Shown: positions 19,901 to 29,514 of the stretch, in pieces
Layout: each line of letters opens with the position of its first letter
Position numbering within the stretch: the stretch's first letter is position 1
Origin: an uncultured Acidobacteriaceae bacterium
GTDB taxonomy: Bacteria > Acidobacteriota > Terriglobia > Terriglobales > Acidobacteriaceae
DNA: 64,000 nt
Reading direction: 5' to 3'
Assembly (NCBI GenBank): GCA_963757515.1
Contig: CAVWRV010000005.1
Span: 39,870 to 103,869 of the forward strand
Notes under the pieces: generated by a model
The model's input: the letters and a program-made list of their open reading frames with translations, nothing else
What the model was told of the DNA's origin: nothing
Database searches by the model: none
Translations under genes and position numbers: made by a program

Positions 19901-20340
19901 CAATTACGGCCAACTGGGGTAGCGAAAGCAGCCTGCTTGACGCGTACGGGTATGCGACGGCCGTGCCCAACGTAGTCGCGCCGGTGCACTACCCGAAGCA
20001 GCAAAGCTGCTTCTTCTACACCGCACAGAACAGCGCGTGCTCGGCCTTCGGCTCCGGCTTGACGAGTCCTTTTGCCGACCCCGGTAAGTACGTAGTTGGC
20101 AACGGCAGCAGGAATACCCTGCACGGCCCAAATACCCAGGTCTTCGATGCGGCGCTGATCAAGAACATACCCATCCACGAGAGCTGGAATGCGGAAGCGC
20201 GGTGGGAGGTCTTCAACGTCGCCAACCACGCTTTGTTCGGCCAGCCAAACGGGAATGTGAGCAGTGGAAGCGCGGCCTCCATCACCTCGCTTTCGGGGGA
20301 TCCACGTGTCATGCAGTTTGCGATACGCATCAGCTGGTAA
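16948..20340 (+). CDS. TonB-dependent outer-membrane receptor with N-terminal carboxypeptidase-regulatory-like domain
   Basis: 1130 aa. CarbopepD_reg-like N-terminus (GQVMDSSGAIVSDAGVTAT…GNYTLSV). Plug/barrel features. C-terminal aromatic residue. Confidence 0.9.
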   Translation: MTFMTIQKYIASLRDVRRDVCRICVTRILPSLLMCSLFAIASRAQVTTGNLSGQVMDSSGAIVSDAGVTATAADTGYERTTKSGSDGSYILADLPIGNYTLSVTAPGFTNIKQGVALGVGERVRLDFHLTVGADNQTVQVSAQAVNLSRDDASISTLVTSDTIASTPLYLRNWDDLLRTVPGVQINRYTNQSGATSSGRTGSFNVNGIHSLQNNFLLDGIDNNTFSENVQELSTESAHPSVDVISEFNVITNPYSAEYGRGPGAVVSVSTHSGSNQLHGTVYEFVRNQYFDSFDYFTKRSTNRKAEDNQNQFGASLGGPIKRDRLFGFFNYEGTRIKQGLSRISTVPLDNERIGDFSNAAAAAAGVAKYPTVYDPTTCPTPYTLNKACQAFPNNQVPAARIDTSVAALIALFPEPNYKPGSATFPELNNYTRTGAATDFNNSYDGRGDWTPSSADTVFVRYNYFNRTRSIPGYFGGLADGTSTSAWGNQALKGHSVVLGWTHVMNPRMVNEFRFGWVRNVSYAQQQPFSLPQQAGSFVPGIPSNPAIGGGVPLTTFTNKTFLGSPDFLPKRQIPMLYQYNDTLGWQLGKHNLKFGTTVYLPMRNIFQDEPGTRGDLTFTGVFTGLSYADGLLGATQYTQLTNVFFVDQRIWMASGFVEDDWKVTPRLTLNLGLRYDFATPALEGQNRMANFDPGGTGSLVFAKSGSLSSRALVNTNNRNFGPRFGVSYGLDAKTVVRGGYGLYYTLFERFGSEDQLALNPPNLVNKTPASNTYPVLKPSVGFPSNFLDPSTINFNALQNFHIRALDPTAHSPSVQQWSFGFQREVSSWLAEVDYVGTKSTHLDVIYDYNQPLIAGGVSTKIQPYTNFGQIEYTTPIGFGNYNGLQASLTHPQAKGFSVRVAYTYSRSLDNTPEELETNSGDPPNGRNYSSWYGPSDFNIPQRISGTYIYELPFGHGKQMLNSGPLAWVFGNWRTSGVYTFYSGHPITANWGSESSLLDAYGYATAVPNVVAPVHYPKQQSCFFYTAQNSACSAFGSGLTSPFADPGKYVVGNGSRNTLHGPNTQVFDAALIKNIPIHESWNAEARWEVFNVANHALFGQPNGNVSSGSAASITSLSGDPRVMQFAIRISW

Positions 20341-20443
20341 GTGAAGAGAGGGGCCACGAAAGGCAGGTTGTTGCCAGATCGTTCCGGGTTGTTCTGTCGT
20401 CCAGGCGATCGCTGGCGGTGGTGCGAGAGCGGAGTCATACTGC

Positions 20444-20760
20444 TTGAAGGGTACGGGCTTCAGGCCGTACATCCTCACCGAACGTCAATGGGCTTTCCAG
20501 GCTGCGGAAAAACCCAATGTTTTTGAAGGGTACGACCTTTAGGTCGTACGTAAACTATTGCAAACAGGTGCGGCTTTAGCCGCTGAGGGAACAACTCTCG
20601 CCCCTCCAGGACTTTTTCCGCAGCCTGTTTAGCCCCTGAGGTTGCGAACCAGCTAGCTCATCGAAAAAAAGGCTGGCTAGCCCCTGAAGAACACTCCCTC
20701 AGCGGCTAAAGCCGCTCACCGAGGCAAAGTTTGGCAGGGCTGAAGCCCCGCCCCTTCAAA
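20444..20760. repeat. R2-family composite palindromic element (copy 1)
   Basis: Hairpin GTACGACCtttaGGTCGTAC. Interleaved inverted pairs caggctgcggaaaaa/tttttccgcagcctg and gcggctttagccgctgaggg/ccctcagcggctaaagccgc. Repeated tagcccctgagg. Confidence 0.75.
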
Positions 20761-20851
20761 GATCACAATAAGAGTTTCAGAAACCTGATTTCGACAGGTC
20801 TGCTGGGCAACCCGCTTTACATAAGTTTCGGGGGCTCGCTGAGGGCAAGGG

Positions 20852-21874
20852 ATGCGTCGAAAGTATTTCCAGCTTGGTCATTTTCTGCTGGCCGCGACTC
20901 TTGGTTTTTCGTCTTGGTCCGGCGGCCTGATGGCTCAGAAGGTACCCGATCCAGGATCGCGTACGGTCATGGATGCGCATAACTGCTACCCCTACTTTGA
21001 GTGGTGGGGCAACCGCATTGACCGGGCTCTTTCTACCGGAACGCCGCTGGCGATCGAGCAGGATCTCGGCTGGTATAGCGACCCCAAGACGGGTCGAAGC
21101 TGGTCCGTCGTAACCCATGGAGCGCCCATGACCGGGCAGGAGCCGACCATGGATAAGTATTTCTTCGAGCGCGTGCGCCCCATCGTGGAACAAGCGATGA
21201 AGGAAGGGAACCATGGGAACTGGCCGCTGATCACCCTCAATCTGGATTTCAAAGATAACAAGCCGGAACATCTGGCCGCGGTTCTTGAACTCCTGCGCGC
21301 GCATCAGGACTGGATCAGCAGCGCTCCCAGAAATCGAGATCCTTCGCTGGTTGAGCCCCTGCGGGTGAAGCCGATCCTGGTGCTGACGGGTGAAGCCGAT
21401 GCCCAGCAGCGGGTCTTCTACGACCAGCTTGCAGAGGGTGATGCCGTGTTGGCATTTGGCGCGGTTCACTCCGAAGGTAAGGACTACCAGGCAACGCCCA
21501 AACTAATCGGCACTGAGAAGGCGACGAATTACCGCCGCTGGTGGAACAATCCCTGGCGGGTGGTTGAATCTGGCGGACAGGCTCACGCCGGCCCGTGGAC
21601 CGCAGAGAAAATGGTGCGGCTGCAAGCGCTGGTAAACCTCGCGCACGCTAATGGCCTGTGGATCCGCTTCTACACCTTGGATGGAGCCACCAGCGACGAA
21701 TTGAGCAGTTTTGGATGGTTCAAGAGCTACAACTTCGGCGCGCTGGAGGCGGCGCGGGTGCGGTGGCAAGCCGCGATTGCTGCGGGTGTCGACTATCTGG
21801 CCTCAGACCAGTACGAGCAAGTGGCAGAGGAGATCCGTAGCGGTCCACGCGCGGGGCGGCCAACCAAGCCCTAA
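20852..21874 (+). CDS. secreted PLC-like phosphodiesterase-fold protein (PI-PLC X-box-like AHNCYP motif)
   Basis: 340 aa. N-terminal signal peptide. The AHNCYPYFEWW segment resembles the catalytic His region of PI-PLC X / GDPD-type TIM-barrel phosphodiesterases. Tentative. Confidence 0.55.
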   Translation: MRRKYFQLGHFLLAATLGFSSWSGGLMAQKVPDPGSRTVMDAHNCYPYFEWWGNRIDRALSTGTPLAIEQDLGWYSDPKTGRSWSVVTHGAPMTGQEPTMDKYFFERVRPIVEQAMKEGNHGNWPLITLNLDFKDNKPEHLAAVLELLRAHQDWISSAPRNRDPSLVEPLRVKPILVLTGEADAQQRVFYDQLAEGDAVLAFGAVHSEGKDYQATPKLIGTEKATNYRRWWNNPWRVVESGGQAHAGPWTAEKMVRLQALVNLAHANGLWIRFYTLDGATSDELSSFGWFKSYNFGALEAARVRWQAAIAAGVDYLASDQYEQVAEEIRSGPRAGRPTKP

Positions 21875-21880
21875 GACTCA

Positions 21881-23083
21881 TCATTGCCATGCCTGGCGGT
21901 AGATCTCCTCGATCTCTTCCGCGGTTGGGATACGAGGATTGTTCTGGGGCGAGCCGGAGGCAAGCGCCTGTGCCGCCATGGCGGGGAGCAGCGCGATGTA
22001 TCGTTCCTGCGGGATGCCGAACTGCTTAGGTGAGGGCACCTGCAATTCGGCGTTGCGACTGTACAAATTGCGAATCAGTTGATCGACCGCTAACGGATCG
22101 GTATCGTGCGCCTGGGCCACGCCCATGGTGCGCGCACATTCTGCATAACGGTCCAGGGCAGCTTCTGCCGAGAAGGCCGTCACCGCCGGCAGCAGCATGG
22201 CATTCGAGAGTCCGTGCGGAATATGGAAATGCGCTCCCAGGGGACGGCTCATTCCATGCACCAGGGCTACGCTGGCGTTGGAGAAGGCAATGCCCGCTTG
22301 CGTTGCCGCCAGCATCATGGCCTCACGTGCCTTGCGGTTGCCAGGCTCCCGGAAGCTGGTTGGAAGCTCTCTCCAGATAGTCTTCATGGCGGCCAGCGCG
22401 AGCGCGTCGGTAAACGGGTTCGCCTTGCGGCTGACGAAGGCCTCAATCGCGTGGGTCAGGGAATCGGTGCCGGTGTCCGCAGTCAGCCGGGGCGGCATGG
22501 TCAGCGTCAGTTCGTAGTCCACCACCGCGGCCGCCGGCAACAGGCTGTGCCCGGCGAGCAGCATTTTCTCTCCGCTTTCCGCATCTGTGATCACCGTAAA
22601 GCGTGTGACCTCCGATCCGGTACCGGCGGTGGTCGGAATCGCCACATGCACCGGACCGGCGGCCGGAATTGGGCGCGGAACCCGGTAGTCCCGGACTTTT
22701 CCCCCATTGGCTGCCAGCATGCCGATGGCCTTCGCGGTATCGATGGAGCTACCGCCTCCCAGGCTGACCAGGCTGTCGTGCCCGCCCTCCACGAACACCC
22801 GAACGCCCGCATCCACCACCACCGTGGTGGGATCCGACACTGTCTCATGGAAGATCTCACAGCTTAGACCCGCATCTCGTATCTGCGTGCGCAAACTCTC
22901 GGCCAGTTGAGTCTTCATCAGAAAGGGATCTGTCACAATCAAAGGCCGTCTGCACTGGAGGCGTTGCAGCAGCGCGGACGCTTCTGCGAACGAACCTCCC
23001 CCGAGCTTGAGAATGGCCGGAATCTGGATCTCAGTTTTCATCAGTATCTCCGCTGGGCCTAACGCAACCTGGAGCAATGACAC
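21881..23083 (-). CDS. iron-containing (group III) alcohol dehydrogenase family protein
   Basis: 400 aa. GGGSSIDTAKAIG motif and metal-binding His cluster. Confidence 0.9.
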   Translation of the reverse strand: MSLLQVALGPAEILMKTEIQIPAILKLGGGSFAEASALLQRLQCRRPLIVTDPFLMKTQLAESLRTQIRDAGLSCEIFHETVSDPTTVVVDAGVRVFVEGGHDSLVSLGGGSSIDTAKAIGMLAANGGKVRDYRVPRPIPAAGPVHVAIPTTAGTGSEVTRFTVITDAESGEKMLLAGHSLLPAAAVVDYELTLTMPPRLTADTGTDSLTHAIEAFVSRKANPFTDALALAAMKTIWRELPTSFREPGNRKAREAMMLAATQAGIAFSNASVALVHGMSRPLGAHFHIPHGLSNAMLLPAVTAFSAEAALDRYAECARTMGVAQAHDTDPLAVDQLIRNLYSRNAELQVPSPKQFGIPQERYIALLPAMAAQALASGSPQNNPRIPTAEEIEEIYRQAWQ

Positions 23084-23208
23084 AGTTGGTGTATTGTTCC
23101 AGATGGGTTTGGCCTGCCTAATTACTGTAGTACCTTACTGGTCACTGGCGAAACTCAAGCACATCGGGATAGTTCAGGCGCGATTTCCGGGGTGTACGGA
23201 AGGACAGG

Positions 23209-24000
23209 ATGGCTTCTTCTCTGACGGAGTTAGGGACCCGCCCCTTGGGCGCCACGGGAACAACTCCGTGTCCAGTGAACCTGACCAAGCTACCGGGTGT
23301 GGATCTAAGCGCCCGTTACCACTCTGACCGTTGCGGCGGCGACTTCTTCGATGGGCAAGCCATCGGCTTCCGGCTGGTGTTCCTGTTGACGGATATTGCC
23401 GGCCCGCGAGGGGAAGCCCACACCATTGCGGCTGAAGCGCAATTTGCTTTCCGGCAAAGAGCGTGGGATCTGTTTAGTGCGCCGGGAGCAAACGAACCGG
23501 ACGCGATCGCCACACTCGCGCATGACGTCAACCGATCCCTGATGGAGGCGGCCAACGGCGTGCGCTTTGCTCCTACCTTTTTAGGTTGTTTCAACGTGAA
23601 CCTGGGCATTTTGACGTACTGCAACGCAGGCCGGGTTCTGGCTGTGTTTCGCGATGCGAAGAGCGCGCAGGTTCTCGAGCGTGGTGGAGTTCCCTTGGGG
23701 CTTTTCACTCACGTTACGTATGAACCGGCTGTTTTGGCTTTCGAACCCCATGACAAACTGCTGCTGGTTACCAAGGGGGTCACCGAGAGCCGGCGGGGAG
23801 CAGCCGAATTTGGAGCCAAGCGTATAGAGCGCCTGTTGGTACATTCCAAGGGAGATTCTGCCTCGGCAATCTGCGACACGGTGCTGCGCGAGGCTTATGA
23901 GTTCGGCAATCATCCCTGGTCGCGGGTGTACGACTTTCTGCATCCACGCAGGCAACGCAGCAATGAGGACCTGACCGCGGTTGCACTGGTGCGGAGATAA
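23209..24000 (+). CDS. PP2C/SpoIIE-type serine phosphatase domain protein
   Basis: CGGDFFDG and LTDIAG… motifs of the SpoIIE/PP2C family. Start probably upstream of the listed M. Confidence 0.6.
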   Translation: MASSLTELGTRPLGATGTTPCPVNLTKLPGVDLSARYHSDRCGGDFFDGQAIGFRLVFLLTDIAGPRGEAHTIAAEAQFAFRQRAWDLFSAPGANEPDAIATLAHDVNRSLMEAANGVRFAPTFLGCFNVNLGILTYCNAGRVLAVFRDAKSAQVLERGGVPLGLFTHVTYEPAVLAFEPHDKLLLVTKGVTESRRGAAEFGAKRIERLLVHSKGDSASAICDTVLREAYEFGNHPWSRVYDFLHPRRQRSNEDLTAVALVRR

Positions 24001-24087
24001 CTAACGGAAAACAGAGTGGTCAATGGAGTCGGGGCCAAAAAACGGACGCTCCCGAAGGAGCGTCCGTTAACCAGGCTTGCGGGCAGC

Positions 24088-25797
24088 TTACTTCAGGTAC
24101 AAGCCGGGAAGAACGGGAGTCCCTTCGACCCGAACCGCATACAGTTCCGAGGGACTGATGTCGAGTGCTTTCAGGATCGTTGGCGCCACCTGGGCGGTCC
24201 CAACCTCGGCACGGACCGTCTTGGCGCTGGAAAGACGGGTTGGACAGCAGCAGCATGACATTGGTGTCGTCATGAGCGAAGCCGCCATGTTCCGCCAGCT
24301 TTGCGCTGCTGCCGGAGTAGGTGACGCCGACATTCGGGGTTACGATGATGTCCGGCGTGCGCGGGTCCACGGTCGGATCGTTATAGTTAATGGAAAGCGT
24401 GTTCCCGTAGTAAATCTGCCCCAGGGCGATTCCGCTGGCAGAGGCATTGTCTTCGAGGATTTTGACGCTGGCGTCAGTATCGGCGGAGCTCTTCAGCCAG
24501 AGCAGGGAAACATCATCCTCCGTCGGTCCAATGCCGCTGGGGTTGTTGGTGGATTCGGAGTCGGGAATGTATCCCGCGTTGGAGAGCAGGGTGGCCGGCG
24601 AAGTGCCGTTCTTGAGCTGGGAAACATAGCGGCTTGAGTCGATGGGCGACTGGCCGTGCTTGGCGGTGATTACGATCAGGGTCGAACTGTACAGACCCTT
24701 CGACTTCAACTCGCTCACCCATGCGCCGATCGAGGCGTCGACGAACTTGATTTCGCCCAGAAGCGCCTCAGTGGGTGTACCGGCGGCATCCAGATATCCG
24801 CCAGTCTTGTTGTTGCTCTTCTCAACCAACTTCTGTCCCACGCTGACGGCCTGGAAGTTCATGCCGAAGATGTTGGGAACTTTGGTTTGTCTTGAGCCGA
24901 GGTGGTCCTTGCCGTCGATCTCATTCAGGATGGCGTTGACCTTCAAGCTGGTCGTAGCACTGGATGTTCTGGAAGCTGTTGGTCCAGGCGGTGATGTCGG
25001 AGCCCGGATCGGGGACGGTGGAGCAGGAGAGGCCGGTCGGTGTCTTGACACCGGGCAGGGCGATTACGTTGGAGTTGATTTCGGGTGCGTAGAAGTCGTC
25101 AAGGGCGATTGGGCCAAGGCCGCTGGCGACGGAGGAGTAAGCCGGATGCTTGTCAGACCATGCCGCGTATCCGCCGGCCCCGTGGATGACGCTGAAGATG
25201 CTGTTGGTGCGGACGAAATTCCAGGGGTAAACAGGATTGCAGCCATTGTTGGGATCGCGGGGCAGTTTCTGTGGGATCGATGGAGTTGAGGCCTCCGTCG
25301 GTCAGCGCTGCGCCGGGAGCGCCGCCATTCACTTTGGTCTGGTCGATGTCAATGCCCTCCTCATACTCAGTGGTGGTGCCGGTCGGGCTGGCGAACGGGG
25401 TGCAGGGGCCTGCAGCGAGGCCATTGCCGGTAGTTTTTGCCGGGGCGTCATAGTTTCGGGAATAGGCGACATCGTAATAGACGCCGGTGAGGGCTGGGCT
25501 TCCGCCAGTGATGATTGCTGTCAGGCCGGGGAAGGAGTCCGAGGGTTTTGAGGTGCTGGCGGCGACGTAGTTGACGCCGGTCTTGCCCAGGGCGGCGAGC
25601 GCCGGGCAGTAGGGATCGCCATTGTTGACGGTGCTGATGCCGTTGGCGCAGTTCGCGAAATCGGCGGCATGCATGCCGTCGATGCTGATCAAAAGAACCC
25701 GCTTAATGGGACCCTGGCCCCAAGCTACTGTCTTGAGCGACCGCGGAAGCCGCCGAACAGCGGCCACGAGGGAAAGTACTGCAATTGCTTTTTTCAT
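24088..25797 (-). CDS. secreted alkaline-phosphatase-superfamily protein, apparently frameshifted at least twice
   Basis: Signal peptide MKKAIAVLSLVAAV, VLLISIDGMH metal-site motif (25153..25797 frame). Body in ORF 24020..25051. Family-typical C-terminus …APTILKALDISPSELYAVRVEGTPV in ORF 24088..24333. Confidence 0.6.
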
Positions 25798-25936
25798 TTC
25801 ATACCTCCGGGAACAATGGTTAATAGACCCGGAGGAGTTTTGCATTGCGGGGACGTAAAAATCCGTGAATGAATCTTAAAGTGGTAAGACATTTGATGCG
25901 CTCGAGCGTCTAGGCTTCCGTGATGTCGGATCGCGG

Positions 25937-26389
25937 TTATTTTGAAGCTTTCGGCCGTGCTCGTACCCGGTCACGCCGCGCTGCCCACTCTGCGGTTGAG
26001 AACAGCCCCGGGCCTATTTCGATCAGCCGGGGAATCATCTTGAAGACCGAAACCTGGCTCCACAGTTTTCCTTCGCGGGTTCGAAATCCCTTCTCGTTCA
26101 GATCGCTGGCTATGCTGGAGAAGGGGAAGTCCTGAACCACCAGGTCCATCATCTGGGTAAGCACCATGCGCTCGCGAGGATCGAACTCCAGCCGCTGGCA
26201 ATCGTCAGAGATGCGTAGGCCATAGGGGATCTCCTCGTTAAAAGCGCCCTCACTCGGCGCTTCATCCCCTGGGAGCTCCGCCGCCACTCGATGCGACACC
26301 AATTGCCACCCGGCGGCCATACGCTGCTGTATCAGGGATGGGCTAAATGGCCCGGAAACTACATCTCGTATCCGTTCAAAGTGCGCCAT
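25937..26389 (-). pseudogene. serine-recombinase 'Recombinase'-domain fragment lacking the catalytic resolvase domain
   Basis: …LNEKGFRTREGKLWSQVSVFKMIPRLIEIG… matches the Recombinase (PF07508-like) pattern of large serine recombinases. No N-terminal Ser catalytic domain present. Confidence 0.45.
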
Positions 26390-26593
26390 GGGTATCCTCC
26401 TCGGATGACAGGACTATAATCGCTTCCGTTAGTCAGCAATCGAAGGACCAAGCCTCGCAGCCAGCGCACTTGAAAGCAGATTGCTTTCAGCGACTTATGC
26501 AGAACGAGTTAGAGCGGAAGGAGTCAATGTTCGAAATCGTAAATCGGTGTTCGCCCGCGGACACGGACTGTCGCGTGACATTGCGGAACGAGT

Positions 26594-27429
26594 TTGCTGT
26601 GTACCGTTACGGTGCGCATGGTATTTTCGGATCTCGATCTTTCACGACGACTCGAACGCGCCGAAGGGCAGGCGTGCCTGGAGTTTGCTCAAGCCCGCTC
26701 TCGCCTCTATCCGGACAGCGGTGCCTCCTGGATAGAGTGCGCGGGCGCATACGCCGTCTTTGACGGAGTTGACTCCCCCGTCACGCAAAGCTTCGGTTTG
26801 GGCTCTTTGAGCCGTTAAGCCCGGCCGCGTTGGACAGGATCGAGGGCTTTTTTCTCGACCGCGGAGCGGTCGTGGTGCATGAGGTGAGTCCACTGGCGGG
26901 CATCGCGACCCTCGACTTGCTTTGCGCTCGGGGATACCGGCCGATTGAACTGAGCAGCGTGCTGCACCGGCCCGTCGACAGGCCCGCGAGTGAAAGCCAG
27001 AGTGCGGTTAACGGTGCGCGTGGCCGGTCGGGCAAGAAGCGGCGCTGTGGGCGGACGTCAGCGCGCGGGGATGGGCGCACGAACATCCTGAGTTGGTGGA
27101 TTTTCTCCAACAGTTTGGCGCCCTTGCATTTGCCCGTGAGCATAGCGTGAATTTTATTGCCGAGCTGGATGGTCAAGCCTGGAGCGGCGGGCACGCTGTG
27201 TCTCCATGACGGGGTCGCCCTTTTCGGCGGGGCGTCGACCATTCCGGAGATGCGCCGGCGCGGACTTCAGGCGGCCCTGCTCGAAGCCCGGATGCGCTAC
27301 GCGTTTGAGCATGGCTACCCTCTAGCCATGATGGTGACGGAGGCGGGCAGCCAGTCTCAACGCAATGCCGAACGCCAAGGCTTTCGCATTGCGTACACAC
27401 GCACCAAATGGCGGCTGTACAGCCAGTGA
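26594..27429 (+). CDS. GNAT-family N-acetyltransferase, split over three frames
   Basis: C-terminal motif-A region RRRGLQAALLEA…SQRNAERQGFR in 27157..27429. N-terminal parts are in 26594..26818 and 26830..27150. Confidence 0.5.
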
Positions 27430-27526
27430 AAAGCCGCAACCTCACGGACCCTTAACGAGCACCGGCTGAACAGGTTGCTGATGTGGTCTGGCGGATCAGC
27501 CTTAGGCCGACGTAATCAATTGAGAA

Positions 27527-28850
27527 TCACTCGGCTTCAGTGGCGAGGGCCATCGCGCGCGATACAATTCGAGCCTCTGTAGTCGGGGCGCCGCTACACT
27601 CGCTCAAATCGTTCTTAGGGCCAGTCCCTAACTTACTCGGATCTGCCATGCGGCCCATAAACAAGATACTGTCTGAGCGATTGTCGCGAATCAGGAAGAC
27701 GAACGGATGGTCGGCGCGGAAAACAGGCGGCGCCTGCTCCGGGGCGCGCATCGCCAGGGCGCGCATCGTCACCGCTGTTGCCGCCGCTGCTTCGGTTCCT
27801 TCCTCATTGACGTCGACATACGCCTTATGAATAACCGCTGAGACAGCGAAATCGTGATGGCCGGTCATGCCGGAAAAATCCGCGCTGGCAGGCAAAAGCC
27901 TGCGGCATCCCCATCGCGGCAAGCGTGGTGCCCAGTTCGAATTGTTGCGTCATCTTGAACTTAGGCAGGGTCACGACAACTTTGGAAACCGGCGCTAACT
28001 GTTGCAGCCATTGCTGCATGTTGGAAGCAGTCAGCGATTGTTCCAGGGCAGACAAACCGCTTCGATCCTTGGGCAGGAAGATGATCATGGACAGCTCCTT
28101 GCTCTTATAAGGAATGTCCAGTGCCTGAAAGGTTCCGCCGTCGAAGTAGTTGAAACCGCCTTCGCGATGCATCAGAGGCGCGGTCGTGGTCTGCGCCTGG
28201 GATAGATAGAAATCCTCATTCTTGGTCTGCGCCTTGTCGAATTGCGCCTGCCAGTCACCCTTGAAATAGATTGCGTTGGTCAGAACCAACCGTGTGTCAG
28301 CCCGGAGTGCGCCCGGTTGGAGCAGGTCCTTGATCTTATCTTGTGTTTTCTGCTCCACCCAGCGGTTGATGGTCAACCGCGCTTCCTCGGTCGCGCCTTT
28401 GAAATCTACCTGGTTCAGGCCGGCGCCATAATCGGTCTTGAGCAGAGCCAGGAAGGTATCGAGAAAGGTGTAGCCCTGTTGCGCCCAGAGTGCATTGGCC
28501 ACGCTAAGCTGATAGCCGTCGTGCGCGGCATTGAGGTCACTCAGCAGCGCGCCCATCGCCGGGTGCAGTTGCTCCGGCGGCAGCGTGAAATGCAGCGTTT
28601 TCGCCATCTGGGAGGCGGTATCGCCGCGGGCCCCGGCATAGGCCATGGCCAGGGCGGTGGAAATGCTCTCGGGCGAGAAGAAGAGATTGCCGTTCTGCTT
28701 GCGCAACTGGCCGTACAGCGCAAGTGCAAACGTGTTGTTGTCCGCGGCTGCCGCCGTTCGATCAGCGGCGGCCAAGGGCTTTGTCTCCGTCCCCTGTGCG
28801 CGCAGCAGCAGGACCAGGCAGGGAATGAGTGTCAGTAACAGGAGTTTCAT
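27527..28850 (-). CDS. secreted serpin (serine protease inhibitor), one apparent frameshift near 27925
   Basis: Signal peptide. Serpin core motifs FSPESISTALAMAYAGA, NAIYFKGDWQ, ADFSGM. Hinge/RCL EEGTEAAAATAV. C-terminal HPFVFLIRDNRSDSILFMGR. Confidence 0.8.
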
Positions 28851-28990
28851 AAAGATCTCCCTCAGAGGGTGGGACCATTGCCGGCTCCGCGTACCACTTC
28901 CATTGGTTGATCATAGTCACCGCGTGCCCAACAGTTATACGATATCGCTGCTTGGCAGGGAAAACCACGGGCCACCAGAGAGCAGGGCAG

Positions 28991-29401
28991 ATGAATCCTG
29001 AATCGGCGAAATTACGCGATTTTGCAATTCGCTACACCGCTGCGTGGTGCAGTCAGAACGCGCTGAGCGTGGCGGCTCTTTACGCACCCGAAGGCGGGCT
29101 TAGCGTGAATGAAGGCAGTCCCGCCGTAGGCCGGAAAGCCATTACCGAGCTGGTTCAGGGATTCATGACGGCGTTTCCAGATTTACAGGTGCTTCTGGAT
29201 GACGTTTCCCTGGAGCGCAATGGAGCTGTATACAGCTGGACCCTGATCGGCACCAACACCGGGCCGGGTGGGACCGGACGGCCGGTTCGCATCAGCGGCT
29301 ACGAGGTGTGGAGAATCGGAGAGGATGGATTGATTGCCGAGTCTCACGGCCATTTCGATAGCGCCGCCTACCGGCGCCAGCTCAGCACGCAGCAAACTTG
29401 A
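28991..29401 (+). CDS. SnoaL-like / NTF2-fold protein (ester-cyclase-like)
   Basis: 136 aa from ATG 28991. LRDFAIRYTAAWCSQN…VNEG…ITELVQGFMTAFPDLQ pattern of SnoaL-like cyclases. Confidence 0.6.
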   Translation: MNPESAKLRDFAIRYTAAWCSQNALSVAALYAPEGGLSVNEGSPAVGRKAITELVQGFMTAFPDLQVLLDDVSLERNGAVYSWTLIGTNTGPGGTGRPVRISGYEVWRIGEDGLIAESHGHFDSAAYRRQLSTQQT

Positions 29402-29514
29402 TTTTCACAGCACAAAAAAATCTTTGCCGGCCGATTCACGCCGTTCTCATCGCGGATTGATATAGTTCGGCCCGTTGGGGTAGACGTCCGCTACCACTGC
29501 TGAGGAGACTATCG

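Noticed and set aside
17977-20478. Long minus-strand ORFs (17977..18891, 18907..20478) inside the TonB-dependent receptor gene
   Set aside because: Antisense shadow ORFs of a high-GC gene. Arg/Ala/Gly-rich, low-complexity translation. The plus-strand product has clear receptor features.
22106-22867. 253-aa plus-strand ORF (and others) inside the Fe-ADH gene
   Set aside because: Antisense to a gene with unambiguous Fe-ADH motifs.
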